Shown: positions 33,336 to 47,834 of the stretch, in pieces
How the letters are laid out: the number at the start of each line of letters is the position of its first letter
How positions within the stretch are numbered: position 1 is the stretch's first letter
Source of the DNA: Somniosus microcephalus
Taxonomy: Eukaryota
Length of the DNA: 64,000 nt
Assembly (NCBI GenBank): GCA_052327205.1
Contig: CM126221.1
Location: forward strand, 75,454,001-75,518,000
Direction of reading: 5' to 3'
Program-made: the position numbers and the translations under genes
The notes under the pieces: generated by a model
Databases searched by the model: none
Seen by the model: the letters and a program-made list of their open reading frames with translations, nothing else
Told to the model about the DNA's origin: nothing

Positions 33336-34977
33336 TAGTGGATGTACAGTACATCTATTGATCAGCAAAATGGTATCGGGAAGGGGTTGAGGCTACTGTA
33401 GAACAATCGAAGTAAATATGAGCAATAATTTACCAAGAAACGTACAAAACATGCGACTCAAACAAACCAGGCTGAAGCTCACCTCGCAATATACAAGTTG
33501 CAATTGAGACGAATCTTTCGATGGTTGTAATCTTTGCTGAGGTCCTTGTAGTTGCCAGGGTAATAACTGGTGCAGACTGAGCGGATGATTCACAGCCATG
33601 TCATTGCTTCAAAGAAATCGTGGAGTCTAGCCGCTGGTGCAGCTTGAAAGGTGATCCCGGTGTTTTGATGGGTTGGCATTACATCAGTCCTTTACATCAT
33701 GTCTTACGTCCCTTTGTTACATCAGACACAAGTATCATTTTTTTTATAAAAAAGAAGAAAGTCACTCACAGACCGTAAAAGAAACACCATCGATGATAAA
33801 GGTATTTCTGCTCTCTCTGACATGGAAGTGACACACTGAAGTTAGACAATAATGTGATTATATTGTGCAATTATATTCTTAAACAACAGGTCAAGACGAT
33901 GGGGAATAAGTAGATTCGAAGGAGACAAGCGGACTGGCTGATCCAGTGGTATTAATGAACTTTTGGGCACATTTGGAAATGTCTGTTTTTCCTGATATCC
34001 TTAGCAAAGTTTTCTAATTATTTCAACACAAAATGTAGCAATATTTCTCTGGTGCAAATTATTTGAACTGTTAAAATGCTACACAGCAGGAAAGTTGCCC
34101 TAATGTTTCACTTCTGTCTCCAAGTGGTTACATTTTATAAAATATTCTGCTTTAAGCACCTTTTAGTTTTTAGGTCTTTTTTTTAAAAAAGTAAGTGCTT
34201 TCTTAAATCGTGCCTTCCAATCTCACTTATACTCAGCGACTAGTTTATCTTTAAGTTTGCTCAATAGTACGTCCGCATCTCTTTCAGCGTTAAAGCGAGT
34301 TTTTTTTTTTGGGTTGTGGGGGGGGGGGAAGTTTTGAGCTTGCCTTGTGATATTCCTGGTGAATCTTCAGCAAAACTTTTAATTTCAAATATTGCCCATT
34401 GGCGCATCGCTCGCTGCGCCCTCTGGCGAACAGTCTGTTCCTTGTGTGGAACTGAACCGCCGGCCTCATCGACACCTTCCCATTGTTGCATGGTTTCAAG
34501 CATTGTTACATCCTGGGTGCTATCTGAAGCAATTTAAATTCAATAAAATGCAAAATAAAAACCCCAGTGAAACCAGTCTTTATTTTTCCTTTTAAAAATG
34601 AATGAATATTTTCTACACCAGAATGTATCAATTCATATCAAGAAGTGTTAAATATTTGTGAAGTAAAGATCATTTTCAGTTTACAAAGGACATATTTTTG
34701 TTGTAAAAGAAACATTTTGCAGGAATTCTAAAGTTATTTATAATAGTGGCTCTCCTGAGGTATTGCTCGTTGTTTTACAAGTACAGGAGCTTCATAAAGT
34801 GTAACAATTGTATAGTTCTGGCTGCTGAAGTGTATCTATGTTTACAGTGGCCTGTTCCTTTAAGTCTAATTGTTATAAATATAGGCACATACTGAGGTTA
34901 ATTGCAGTTGGGTGTTTGTTCATTCCTGGCTTCCCAGTCAGTCAAACCAGCAGAAAATGAATGACTACCTTTGATAC

Positions 34978-35392
34978 GGCTGTGGCTCTGAGGGTATCAC
35001 CCAGTAGGAAGGTTGTGGGTTCATAGTCCCCACTCCAGAGACTTGAGCACAAAAATCTAGGCTGACACTCCAGTGCTGTGCTGAGGGAGTGCCGCACTGT
35101 CGGAGGTGCTATCTTTCAGATGAGACATTAAACCGAGGCCCTGTCTGCTCTCTCAGGTGGGTGTAAAATATCCCATGGCACTATTTCAAAGAAGAGCAGG
35201 GAGTTCTCCCCGGTGTCCTGGGGCCAATATTTATCCCTCAATCAACATCACTAAAACAGATTATCTGGTCATTATCACATTGCTGTTTGTGGGAGCTTGC
35301 TGTGCGCAAATTGGCTGCCGTGTTTCCTACATTACAACAGTGACTGCACTTCACAAAGTACTTCATTGGCTGTAAAGCGCTTTGAGACGTCT
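34978..35392 (+). mobile_element. DeuSINE (SacSINE1-like)
   Basis: Matches other copies. Confidence 0.85.
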
Positions 35393-35482
35393 TTTGTTTT
35401 TTTGAATACTTTTGATACCTTGAAGTGTGCAATTTGAGGTGTAATAAATGAATGCTAGACACTAGACTATTTTTTAATAATG

Positions 35483-35520
<38 letters not shown>

Positions 35521-35611
35521 TAAAGGATCTCCTGTACTGTTAATGATGGTGCATCTGAGATTAAGCTGTTGGAAAACAAATGCTGAGGTTGTTGAGGGAT
35601 TCACTTCCTGA

Positions 35612-38600
35612 TGAACATAAGAACCTAAGAAATAGGAGCAGGAGTCGGCCATTCGGCCCCCTCGGGTCTGCTCCGCCATTTAATAAGATCATGGCTGATC
35701 TTCTACCTCATCTCCACTTTCCTGCACTATCCCCATATCCCTTGATTCCCTTAATATCCAAAAATCTATCGATCTCTGTCTTGAATATACTCAACAACTG
35801 AGCCTCCACAGCCCTCTGGGGTAGAGAATTCCAAAGATTCACAACCCTCCGAGTGAAGAAATTTCTCCTCATCTCAGTCCTAAATGGCCGACCCCTTATT
35901 CTGCGACTTTGACCCCTGGTTCTAGACTCCCCAGCCAGGGGAAACATCCTCCCTGTATCTACCCTGTCAAGCCCTGTAAGAATTTTGTATGTTTCAATGA
36001 GATCACCTCTCATTCTTCTAAACTCTAGAGAATATAGGCCTAGTCTACTCAATCTCTCCTCATAGGACAATCCCCCCATCCCAGGAACCAGTCTGGTGAA
36101 TCTTCGTTGCACTCCCTCTATGGGAAGTATATCCTTCCTTAGGTAAGGAGACCAAAACTGTACACAGTACTCCAGGTGTGGTCTCACCAGGGCGCTATAT
36201 AATTGCAGTAAGACATGTTTACTCTTTTACTCAAATCCTCTTGTAATAAAGGCCAACATACAATTTGCTTTCCTAATTACTTGCTGTACCTGCATGTTAA
36301 CTTTCAGTGATTCATGTACAAGGACACCCAGGTCTCTGTGAACACCAACATTTCTCAATCTCTCACCATTTAAAAATACTCTGCTTTTCTATTTTTCCCA
36401 CCAAAGTGGATAACTTCATATTTCTCCACATTATATTCCATTTGCCATGTTCTTGGCACTCACTTAGCCTGTCTATATCCCCTTGAAACCTCTTCACATT
36501 CTCCTCACAACTTACATTCCCACCAGCTTTGTATCATCAGCAAACTTGGATACATTACATTTGGTCCCCTCATCCAAATCATTGATATAGATTGTGAATA
36601 GCTGAGGCCCAAGCACTGAACCTTGCAGTACCCCACTAGTTACAGCCTGCCAACCTGAAAATTACCTGTTTATTCCTACTCTCTGTTTTCTGTCCATTAA
36701 CCAATCCTCAATCCATGCTAGTAAATTACCCCCCATCCCATGAGCCTTAATTTTGTTTAATAGCCTCTTGTGTGGCACCTTATTGAATGCCTTCTGAAAA
36801 TCCAGATACACCACATCCACTGGTGCCCCCTTCTCTATTCTGCTAGTTACAACCTCAACAAACTCTACCAGATTCATCAAACACGATTTCTCTTTCATAA
36901 ATCCGTGTTAACTCTGCCCAATCCTATTATTATTTTCTAAGTGCCCTGTTACCACGTCCTTAATAATAGATTCTAGCATTTTCCCTACTACTGATGTCAG
37001 GCTAACTGGTCTGTAGTTCCCCGATTTCTCTCTCCCTCCTTTCTTAAATAGTGGGGTTACATTTGCTACCTTCCAATCCGCGGGAACCGTTCTAGAATCT
37101 ATGGGATTTTGGAAAATGACAACCAATGTAACCACTATCTCTAAAGCCACCTCTTTCAAAGCCCTAGGATGCAGGCCATCAGGCCCAGGGGATTTATCAG
37201 CTTTCAGTCCCATTAATTTCTCCAGTTCTATTTCTTTACTAATACTAATTTCTTTCAGTTCCTCATTCTCGCTAGCCCCTTGGTTCTCCACTATTTCTGG
37301 AAAGTTTTTTGCGTCTTCTTCCGTGAAGACAGACACAAAGTATTTGTTTAATTTCTCTGCCATTTCCTTATTCCCCATTATAATTTCTCCTGTCTCAGCC
37401 TGTAAGGGACCCACGTTTACTTTCACTAATCTTTTCCTTTTACATACCTATAGAAGCTTTTACAGCCTGTTTTTATGTCTCTCGCTTGTTTACTCTCATT
37501 CTATTTTCCCTTTCTTTATCAATTTCTTGGTCCTGCTTTGCTGAATTCTAAAATACTCCCAATCCTCAGGCTTACTCTTTTTGGCAACAGTATAAGCCTC
37601 TTCCTTTGATCTAATACTATCTTTAACTTCTCTTGTTAGCCACGATTGAACCACTTTTCCGGTCAGGTTTTTGTGCCTTAAAGGAATGTATATTTGTTGT
37701 AAATTATGCATTAATTCTTTAAATACTAGCCATTGCTTCTCTACCATCATACCTTTTAATATAGTTTCCCAATCTACCTCAGCCAACTCGCCTCTCATAC
37801 CTACATAGTTTGCTTTGTTTAGATTTAAGACCCTAGTTTCGGATTTAACTAAATCACTTTCAAACTCAATATAAAATGTTATCATATTATGGTCACTCTC
37901 CCCTAAATGCCCATTTACTACAAGGTTATTAATTAACCCTTTCTTGTTGCACAATACTAGATCTAAAATAGCCTGTTCCCTAGTTGGTTCCTCAACATAC
38001 TGATCTAGAAAACTATCTTGTATACATGCCATGAACTCGCCCTCCACACTATTACTGCAAATTTGGTTTGCCCAATCTATATGTAGATTAAAGTCCCCCA
38101 TGATTACTGTATTATCCTTGTTACACGCGCCTCTAATTTCCTGATTTATACTCTGCCCTACATTACAACTACTGTTTGGGGGCCTATAAACAACTCCCAC
38201 CAATGTTTTCTGCCCCTTGCTGTTTCTTAGCTCTACCCAAACTGATTCTACTTCTGGATTTTTGGAGCTAAGATCCTTTCTCTCTACTGTCTTTATCCCA
38301 TCCTTTATTATCAGGGCTACCCCGCCTCCTTTTCCATTTTGCCTATCTCTTCTAAAAGTTAAGTATCCTGGAATATTTAGTTCCCAACCTTGGCCACATT
38401 GCAACCACATCTTCATAATGGCTATTCATTTCAACTGCGCTATTAATTCATCTATTTTGTTGCGAATGCTTCGCACATTCAGATATAGTGCCTTTAGCTT
38501 TGACTTATTTCTATTTTTTTCCTGGTGTCACCTTAGTCACTGATGCCCTATTACCTTTGTTACTCTCTCTGTCCCTTCCTGACCTACTCTGCTTATTTTT

Positions 38601-39870
38601 ACCCAATACTCTACTCTGCTCTATAACCTTGACATTTCTGTCATTGCTTTTAAATTTCCCCCCTCCTCCCGCCGCCCCCCCCCCCCTCCCCGCCTTCATT
38701 CGTTTAAAGCCCTGTCTACTGCCCTAGTTATTCAATTCACCAGGACACTGGTCCCAGCCCGGTTTAAGTGGAGCCAATCCCAACGGAACAGCTCCCTCTT
38801 TCCCCAGTACTGGTGCCAGTGCCCTATGAACTGAAATTCCTTCCTCCCACACCACTCTTTGAGCCACGCATTTAAACCTCTAAGGGGAAAAATTCGGTGG
38901 ACTTGCGCCTCCCATTAGCACCCTAAGAGGGCGTTAACGGGGTGCAAAGCAACTAGCGCCCGGGCGCGGTGCCGCCAACGCCTCCCGCGAAATTCAGCGG
39001 GAGGTTAGCGGAGGCAGTGACTGTTAGCGCCCTGCGGCGCTGCGCCTCCAGCGATGACGTCATCGCCAAAGGCAGCGCCCCGCTCGCGCCTCGGCCGTGA
39101 TCTTCAGTAGTGCCCCCTGACTTACCGCCGGACGTTATGTCCGACAGGGTCAAGGGGGGGGGGGGGGTGTATGTGCAGCCGTGGCAGTGCAAATTAAAGG
39201 GGAGGTGCCGGGCGGCCATTTTTGTTGCTGGCCGCCTGCCAGCACCTGCCCCTGTTGTGGTCCCCGACCTCCTGCTCTTTTGCTGGCACCCCGATCCCTG
39301 GTGGTCTAGCTGGGTCCTGGGTCGCTCTGCGCAAGGCCCCTCCCCTTTAATAAGCAGAGGAAGGCCTGCAGTACCACAGCACGTTGGCACGTAGTGCCGT
39401 GATACTCACTCGCAGCCCCCCAAGAGGGATGGGGAGCACTTCCGGTAGCGCCCCACCTCCCTCTTGGGGCGCCACCAGTGCTTTTCGGGCGCGGGAGCGC
39501 TAACTTTTTCAGGGCGCTAAAAGTAACGCCCCGGCGAAGTTAGCGCCCCAAAAGGGGCGCGACCCAATTTTGCCCCCCTAATCTGTTTGTCCCTTTGCCA
39601 ATTTGCGCGTGGCTCCGGTAACAATCCGGAGAATATTACCTTTGAAGTTCTGCTTTTTAATTTGGATCTTAGCTCTCCAAGCTCCCTCAGCAGAACCTCA
39701 TTCCTAGTTCTACCTAGGTCGTTGGTTCCTACGTGGACCCCGACAACTGGATCCTCCCCCTACCAGTCCAAGTTCTCGTGAGGAGATGTCTTTAGCCCTG
39801 GCACCGGGCAGGCAACGCAACCTTCAGAACTCTCGGTCACGGCTGCAGAGAACAGTATCCATCCCCCTGA
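35612..39870 (-). mobile_element. Degenerate long CR1 LINE (ORF1 esterase remnant, APE, RT) interrupted by a MITE
   Basis: Fragmented ORFs 37496-38416 (APE), 36908-37426, 36662-36898 and 35708-36187 (RT); multiple frameshifts. Confidence 0.9.
38884..39578. mobile_element. PIF/Harbinger-type MITE
   Basis: TIRs ggggaaaaattcggt / acccaattttgcccc; 3-bp TSD taa; GC-rich with ttagcgcc motifs. Confidence 0.8.
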
Positions 39871-40045
39871 CTATACTTGACAAAGGGTTTCAACCTGAAA
39901 CGTTGACTCTTTCTCTCTCCACGGATGTTGCCTGACCTCCTGAGTTTTTCCAGCATTTTCTGTTGTTATCCCCTGACTATACTGTCCCCTGGCCACTACT
40001 ACATTCAGCAAGTCTTCAGCAAAGACATTTCTTTCCAAATTCATA

Positions 40046-40700
40046 GGGGGAGAAATTGGGTGGAGCCGCAAACGGGGCGCCAAGCTCGCCTGAGCGCCAG
40101 ATTTTGCGCTGCGATCGGAGCAGCAGCGATCGCCGGAAATTCAGCTTGAGCGCCCCAAGAGGGACACAGGGCGAGGCTCAAGACGCTCCGCGTCCCTCTT
40201 GGGGCGCTGAAACTGAATATCGCAGCGCAACATGCTGCAGCGCCACACGCTGCGGCACGGCGCGCTGCGGTACTGCAGGCCTTCCTCCCATTCTTAAGGG
40301 GGAGGGGCCTGCACCGAGGAGAAGTGCCGGGCTCTTGGAAAACAGCTGGCAATGCCGCGGGGGGAGAACAGGAGGCCGGGGACGGAGGTGCTGGCAGGCG
40401 GCCGTCGAAAAAAACGACCACCCCGCACCTCCACCTTAATTTGCGCCACTGCCGCCACAGGTAGGCCCCGTGAACCGGGCGCGATTAGCGAGCAGCGCTA
40501 CAGAGGCGGTCGCTGCCAAATATCGTGATCGGGGCGCTGCGCACACCGATGACATCATCGGTGGCGGCGCAGCGCAACAGGCTAACGTCGCCATTAGCAC
40601 CCCCGCTAAATATCGCGGGAGGCGTGGCCAGTGGTGCTAAAGCCACTGAGTGCCCTCTTTAGGCGCTAACTGGTGGCGCAGTCCACCGAATTTCTCCCCC
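40046..40700. mobile_element. PIF/Harbinger-type MITE, inverted relative to 38884-39578
   Basis: TIRs gggggagaaatt / aatttctccccc; TSD ata at 40043-40045 and 40701-40703. Confidence 0.82.
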
Positions 40701-41250
40701 ATAGACTTTAGCCCAGAGGTGGTGAAGCTGGAGGAACGGGCAAGACAATAGAGGGATTTATAGACAAGGGCAAGAATTTTCAATTTGAGACTTTGGGGAA
40801 TCAGGAGCCCATGTGGGTGGTAGTGGGATTTGCTGCAGGGTAGAATATGAACAGAATCTTGGACGAGCTGCAGTTTGCAAGAGGAGGGTGATGGGAGGCC
40901 AGCGAGAATACTGGAGTATGGTGAGGTGAGCAAGGCATAAACGAGGATTTCAGCAGTGGAGGGGCTGAAGTAGGAATGGAGGAGGAAGGTGGATGTAGGT
41001 GGCCTTCATCACTGAGAGGATTTGTGAATGGGAATAGTACTACTGATTACGGTATTATGTCTGAGATGTCTGCTTTGTGCAACTTCTCTTTCAGGTAGAG
41101 AATTTCTGCCCTTAATTAAGGGGAAACCCCAGCAAGAAATTTTGACCGTCAAAATCTTATGGGACAATGGAAACATCACACGCGGCGCCAAACATCTAAG
41201 GGTTTGCTCTAGCCTCAACAAAATCCGCAAAATGCTTTGTTGGTAAAGCA

Positions 41251-41586
41251 ATGGATGATGACAATGTCAAGGCTCCTTGTTTGTCATTATTTGTGGGTAA
41301 CTTAAATCCGGATTACTCCAAGGAGCTGCTGAGTTACATGCTGAAAGATTTACTGGCTGCCATCGACATTGTCCTGCAAAGACATGACATAGAAGTCTTC
41401 AAGAAGCACAAACGAGCCCACGCATTCATCCGCCTGAAGACAGAGAGTGGCGTTCAAAACATCGTGAAACAACTCCAGGACCCTGCCATTTTGGATCACA
41501 ACGACATGAAGGGGTTAGTAGTTAAAGGGAAAACGTTAAAAGTTGCCAAAGATATCCGTGACACTTCAGAATACACCTTCGACAAG
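41251..41586 (+). CDS. SLFNL1: Schlafen-like 1, coding exon 1 (RRM-like domain)
   Basis: MDDD..LSLFVGNLNPDYS..RAHAFIRL; donor AAG|gtaagg, phase 0; upstream acceptor at 41094 suggests a non-coding first exon. Confidence 0.85.
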
Positions 41587-42244
41587 GTAAGGGGAGTTTC
41601 ATGATTTCATTTGCCTTGATTTTCTGGTCAATATTATTGCTTGACCATCGGTAACGAGTTTATTTTATAAAGGGATCAAGGGATATGGGGAGAAAGCAGG
41701 GACAGGGTACTGAGTTTGGATGATCAGCCATGATCTCATTGAATGGCGGAGCAGGCTCGAGGGGCCGAATGGCCTACTCCTGCTCCTATCTTCTATGTTT
41801 CTATAAATGGCCATATTTAAATAACTCCAATTGGGAAAATCTAGGTTCCAGAGTCTGTAATACAGGATGAAATCAGCCCAGGACAGAGGTTAGTGTGGGC
41901 GGTAGCAGTGGGAAGCTCTCTCTCAAAAAGCAGTGGATGCTCGCTCAATTAATTTTAAATCTGAGATCGCTAGATTTTTGCTGGCCCAGGATATTAAGGG
42001 ATATGGAGCCAAAGGCGGATGGATGGAGTCAGACTACAGATCAGCCATCACGATCTCTTTGAATTGGCAGAACAGACTCAAAGTGCTGAATGGCCTCCTC
42101 CTGTTCCTAAGGCACAGGGTAACCAGGCACAACCAACACAGTTTAGTAAAGAGCTGGTTCTGCTTGACTAATTGAATTGAATGTTTTGAGAAAGCCATGG
42201 TGTGCATAAATAGCATGGACATAACTTTAATCAAACACCATACA

Positions 42245-42938
42245 ATAGGATTCCATCGGATATATGGCACAGAAACAGGCCATTCGGCCCAACCAGTCCA
42301 TGCCGGTGTTTATGCTCCACTCGAGCCTCCTCCCATCTTTCCTCATCTAACTCTATCAGCGTAACCCTCTATTCCTTTCTCCCTCATATGCTTGTCTAGC
42401 CTCCCCTTAAATGCATCGATACTATTCGCTTCAACCACTCCCTGTTGTAGCGAGTTCCACATTCTCACCACTCTCTGGGTAAAGAAGTTTCTTCTGAATT
42501 CCCTATTGGATTTCTTGGTGACTATCTTATATTGATGGCCTCTAGTTATGCTCTTCCCCACAAGTGGAAACATTCTCTCTGTATCCACTCTATCAAAACC
42601 TTTCATGATTTTAAAGACCTCTATTAGGTCACCCCTCAGCCTTTTTTCAAGAGAAAAGAGACCCAGCCTGTTCATCCTTTCCCGATATGTATACCCTCGT
42701 ATTTCTGGTATCATCCTTGTAAATCTTCTCTGCACCCTCTCCAGTGCCTCAATATCCTTTTTATAATCTGGTGACCAGAACTGTACGCAGTGCTCCAAGT
42801 GTGGTCTAACCAAGGTTCGATACAGGTTTAGCATAACTTCCCTACTTTTCAATTCTATCCCTCTAGAAATAAACCCTAGTGCCTGGTTTGCCTTTTTTAT
42901 GGCCTTGCTAACCTGTGTTGCTACTTTTAGTGATTTGA
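42245..42938 (-). mobile_element. CR1 LINE 3' fragment
   Basis: ORF 42343-42960; same subfamily as 15025-16165. Confidence 0.9.
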
Positions 42939-43441
42939 TAGGAACTTGTTTTACTGCCATCAGACCCAGGCAGTTGAAAATAAGTCATCGTTTAATCAAT
43001 TTTGCAACAGGAAACCCAGTTTATTGTTCCTTAATAAATTAAATATACTTATGATTCCGCCCATTTAAAAACAATTTTTGTCAATTTCCACTTAAGCTGC
43101 TTTTAATTTTGGTCATTTCCGTGTCCACGCTACTTCTTCGCACAAGCTTTCTGAGTTCATTAATAATTCTGCAGTTTAAATTTCCAACCTAGGCCTTCAT
43201 TTATGTTTAACTTGGTGCTCAGTTAGTCGTGGAATGGGCTAGGTACATTAGATTTTGCCGACAGCTTTAAATAATTCACAAGCGCTACTTGTAAGCAGTA
43301 TAAATAATTCAAGCTTATTAAGCCACGATGTGGCAAATCCATCTCCTATATTGGTTGTGAGGTTGTTCACACAAGTCTCAGCAGCACAGTCCTGTTGTAC
43401 GGATTTTACTTCTGCTGTACCGTGAAAGGTCCCATTGCGTA

Positions 43442-43670
43442 TGACGTAAGAAAACTACCAGGCACTTGGTCTAAGCGTTAAACAGAGCTTTAATTAACTG
43501 TTTTACAACATGGAGATCTAGTTGTGTCCTTCACTAGTTCCTGTTAAAGAATGTCCTGAGCAAGCTGGGCCTGTGCCCGAGTATTTATACTCTCCCTGGA
43601 CAGCGCCACCAGCAGGCCGCCCAGTATTATTTCATAAGTCATTTCCACATGAACGACAAGGTTCATGTCA
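43442..43670 (-). mobile_element. Solo LTR (229 bp), same family as 6596-6823
   Basis: TG..CA ends; perfect TSD gcgta at 43437-43441 and 43671-43675. Confidence 0.85.
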
Positions 43671-44019
43671 GCGTATACACACGAGAGAGGCAGTGATTTA
43701 ACAAGGGCTTTCGCTTGGAAAGAGAGACAAGACTCGCAGACGAACCATCCCAAGCATTGCCTCACGCTTGTCAGAGGACAAATCAATACTGGGATTGGCA
43801 GAAAGGGCAGAGCAGATTGGCTGCCCTCTCACCTTAGAAAATGGTGGGGGTGCGCGGATAATCTAAAATAGGTGAGAAAACAACAAAAAAATGGACAGAA
43901 AGTATACATATATGAATTTTTTAACTAGTTTAAGCAGGCCCTGCCAAACAGACAGACCGGAGAATAACTACTAAATAATAATTTCACTGTATTTGTGAAG
44001 ACTAGTGAAAGGTTATAAA

Positions 44020-44480
44020 AAGACATCTTGCATTTCTACAGCGCCTTTCACAACACCAGGATGTCCCAAAGTGCTTTACAGCCAATGAAGTACTTTTTGA
44101 AGTGTAGTCACTGTTGTAATGTGGGAAACACGGCAGCCAATTTGCGCACAGCAAGCTCCCACAAACAGCAATGTGATAATGGCCAGATAATCTGTTTTAG
44201 TGATGTTGATTGAGGGATAAATATTGGCCCCAGGACACCGGGGAGAACTCCCCTGCTCTTAATGCCATGGGATCTTTTACGTCCACCTGAGAGAGCAGAC
44301 GGAGCCTCAATTTAAGGTCTCATCTGAAAGACGGCACCTCCGAAAGTGCAGCGTTCCCTCAGCACGGCACTGGAGTGTCAGACCTAGATTTTTGTGCTCA
44401 AGTCCCTGGAGTGGGACTTGAAACCCACAACCTCCTGACTCAGAGGCGAGGGTGCTGCCCACTGAGCCCCAGCTGACACA
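44020..44480 (-). mobile_element. DeuSINE (SacSINE1-like)
   Basis: Matches other copies. Confidence 0.85.
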
Positions 44481-44859
44481 TTTACATTGCTGCCTGCGTC
44501 TAGTCATTGACCTTTCCAAACACTACTTTGGTTTGAACAGATGAGGCCTGAAATCACACTGTAATATTAAACTGTATATGATACATCACATAGACAAACC
44601 TATAGGAAGAAGATTTAAATGCATGTGCCCCATCAATAGTTCAGAATCCAGTTGTATGGAATTAGCAAATCCCAGTTCTATTCCAGTTTCCCTCATGCCC
44701 TGATTACAGTAATGCACAGACAAGCTTCTTATATTTCCATTTATTATTCCTGGCTCTACATACATACGCAACAAGTTATGGATGAAATTTACCCTGAAAG
44801 TCTACATCCATACATTTATGCTAAACAGCATTTGAGCAACATTAAAGAAGATTCCAATA

Positions 44860-45183
44860 TTTCTCCTCCAGCCGCACAACCCTCCGAGATCTCTGCGCTC
44901 CTCTAATTCTGGCCTCTTGCGCATCCCCGATTTTAATTGTTCCACCATTGGCGGCCGTGCCTTCAGCTGCCGAGACCCTAAGCTCTGGAATTCCCTCCCT
45001 AAACCTCTCCGCCTCTCTTTCCTCCTTTAAGACGCTCCTTAAAACCTACCTCTGTTTTGGTCACCTGCCCTAATTTCTCCTTATGTGGCTCGGCGTCAAA
45101 TTTTGTTTGATAATCGCTCCCGTGAGGCACCTTGGGATGTTTAACCACGCTAAAGGCGCTATATAAATACAAGTTGTTGTTGT
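44860..45183 (+). mobile_element. L2 LINE 3' end
   Basis: GGRAFSCRDPKLWNSLP and (ttg)n tail. Confidence 0.8.
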
Positions 45184-45259
45184 AGTAACATCCATCAACC
45201 TATGCTTGGGTTGATATCTAAAACTGTTACTACTTCTTGATTCGGCTGAGGGGAAAAGC

Positions 45260-46354
<1,095 letters not shown>

Positions 46355-46429
46355 TGACGCATTTGGGTTTGGCGATGTAATATCTTTTTAAAAATGAACA
46401 CTTATTCCTCCTTTTAGGTTTAGAGTTTA

Positions 46430-46858
46430 GATTGAGTAGACTAAACTCTCTGGAGTTTAGAAGAATGAGAGGTGATCTCATTGAAACATGTACAATTCTT
46501 ACAGGGCTTGACAGGGTAGATGCAGGGAGGATGTTTCCCCTGGCTGGGGAGTCTAGAACCAGGGGTCACAGTCTCAGAATAAGGGGTCGGCCATTTAGGA
46601 CTGAGATGAGGAGAAATGTCTTCACTCAGAGGGTGGTGAATCTTTGGAATTCTCTACCCCAGAGGGCTGTGGAGGCTCCGTCGTTGAGTATATTCAAGAC
46701 AGAGATCGATAGATTTTTGAATATTAAGGGAATCAAGGGATATGGGGATAGTGCGGGAAAGTGGAGTTGAGGTAGAAGATCAGCCATGATCTTATTGAAT
46801 GGCGGAGCAGGCTCGAGGGGCTGAATGGCCGACTCCTGCTCCTATTTCTTATGTTCCT
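46430..46858 (+). mobile_element. CR1 LINE 3' fragment
   Basis: ORF 46432-46770 plus CR1 tail. Confidence 0.88.
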
Positions 46859-47237
46859 AACAATGAAGTCTGAGTTGAGAATTAAAGCCTGCCAAACAAT
46901 CACAGTCTGAACGTGAAGGATGGCAACTTGGGTGAGAAACTGGAGGGTGACCAGCACCCGTGGAGCTGTGCTCTGGTCTCAAGGGGCAGAACATTGTGGG
47001 GAGAAATGTTATAAAGTATAATGGAGCTTAATTAATGTTCATAACTCGCCTTGAATAGTTGGTGCCAACCAGAATCGAATATCCAAGATTCCAGAGTGTG
47101 GCCTTTTTTGCCTTTAAATGTTCACAAGCATGATGCCAAATAAATTTCTGCTTAACTTAAAGCCAGAGGTGAGGAACTCTGTAATTCCTGTAACACACCC
47201 CGTTTAAACTGAAGGCATTGCCCCAGTAAAAGCCATT

Positions 47238-47388
47238 GGGGGAAAAATTGGGTTGATTTGCGCCGCTCGTTAGCGCTCCACCTCCTACTTGGGGCGCCAC
47301 TACTGAATTTCCGGCGGAGGAGCGCTAACTTTTTCGGGGCGCTTATCTGTTAGCGCCCCTAAAGGGGCGCCACCCAATTTTTTCCCCC
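47238..47388. mobile_element. Short Harbinger-type MITE
   Basis: TIRs gggggaaaaattgggt / acccaattttttccccc; internal sequence matches the end of 38884-39578. Confidence 0.7.
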
Positions 47389-47834
47389 TCAGTATTAACT
47401 AATATTCAAATCACAATTAGCATGGAATGCTCCTTTAAAGGAAATATTTATTATCTACAACAAATAAACGCAATTGGCGATGTAATATTTTTTGCAAAAT
47501 GAATACTTATCCCTCCTGTAGATTTAGAGTTTAGATGGAGTAGACGAGGCCTGTATTCCCTAGAGTTTAGAAGAATGAGAGGTGATCTCATTGAAACATA
47601 TACAATTCTTGAAGGGCAAAAATCTAGCTGTACACTTTTACATGTGAATTGATTTGTGCCTATAGTTTGGAGGAAATGGTTATTATCTTAAATGTGACCA
47701 TTAATTCCTGTATATAATAGCAGCTGGTTAAGAATGTGGAAGATTGTAGCATTTGTTTTTGTGATGCTACTAGGTAAAGTTGAAATTTTTCTAGAAGTTG
47801 TTTTACAGAAAGATTGCACCCTTTGAAACTGCCT

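Noticed and set aside
33393-33599. Minus-strand ATG-to-donor (GAG|gtgagc) mini-exon
   Set aside because: No recognisable protein similarity or partner exons.
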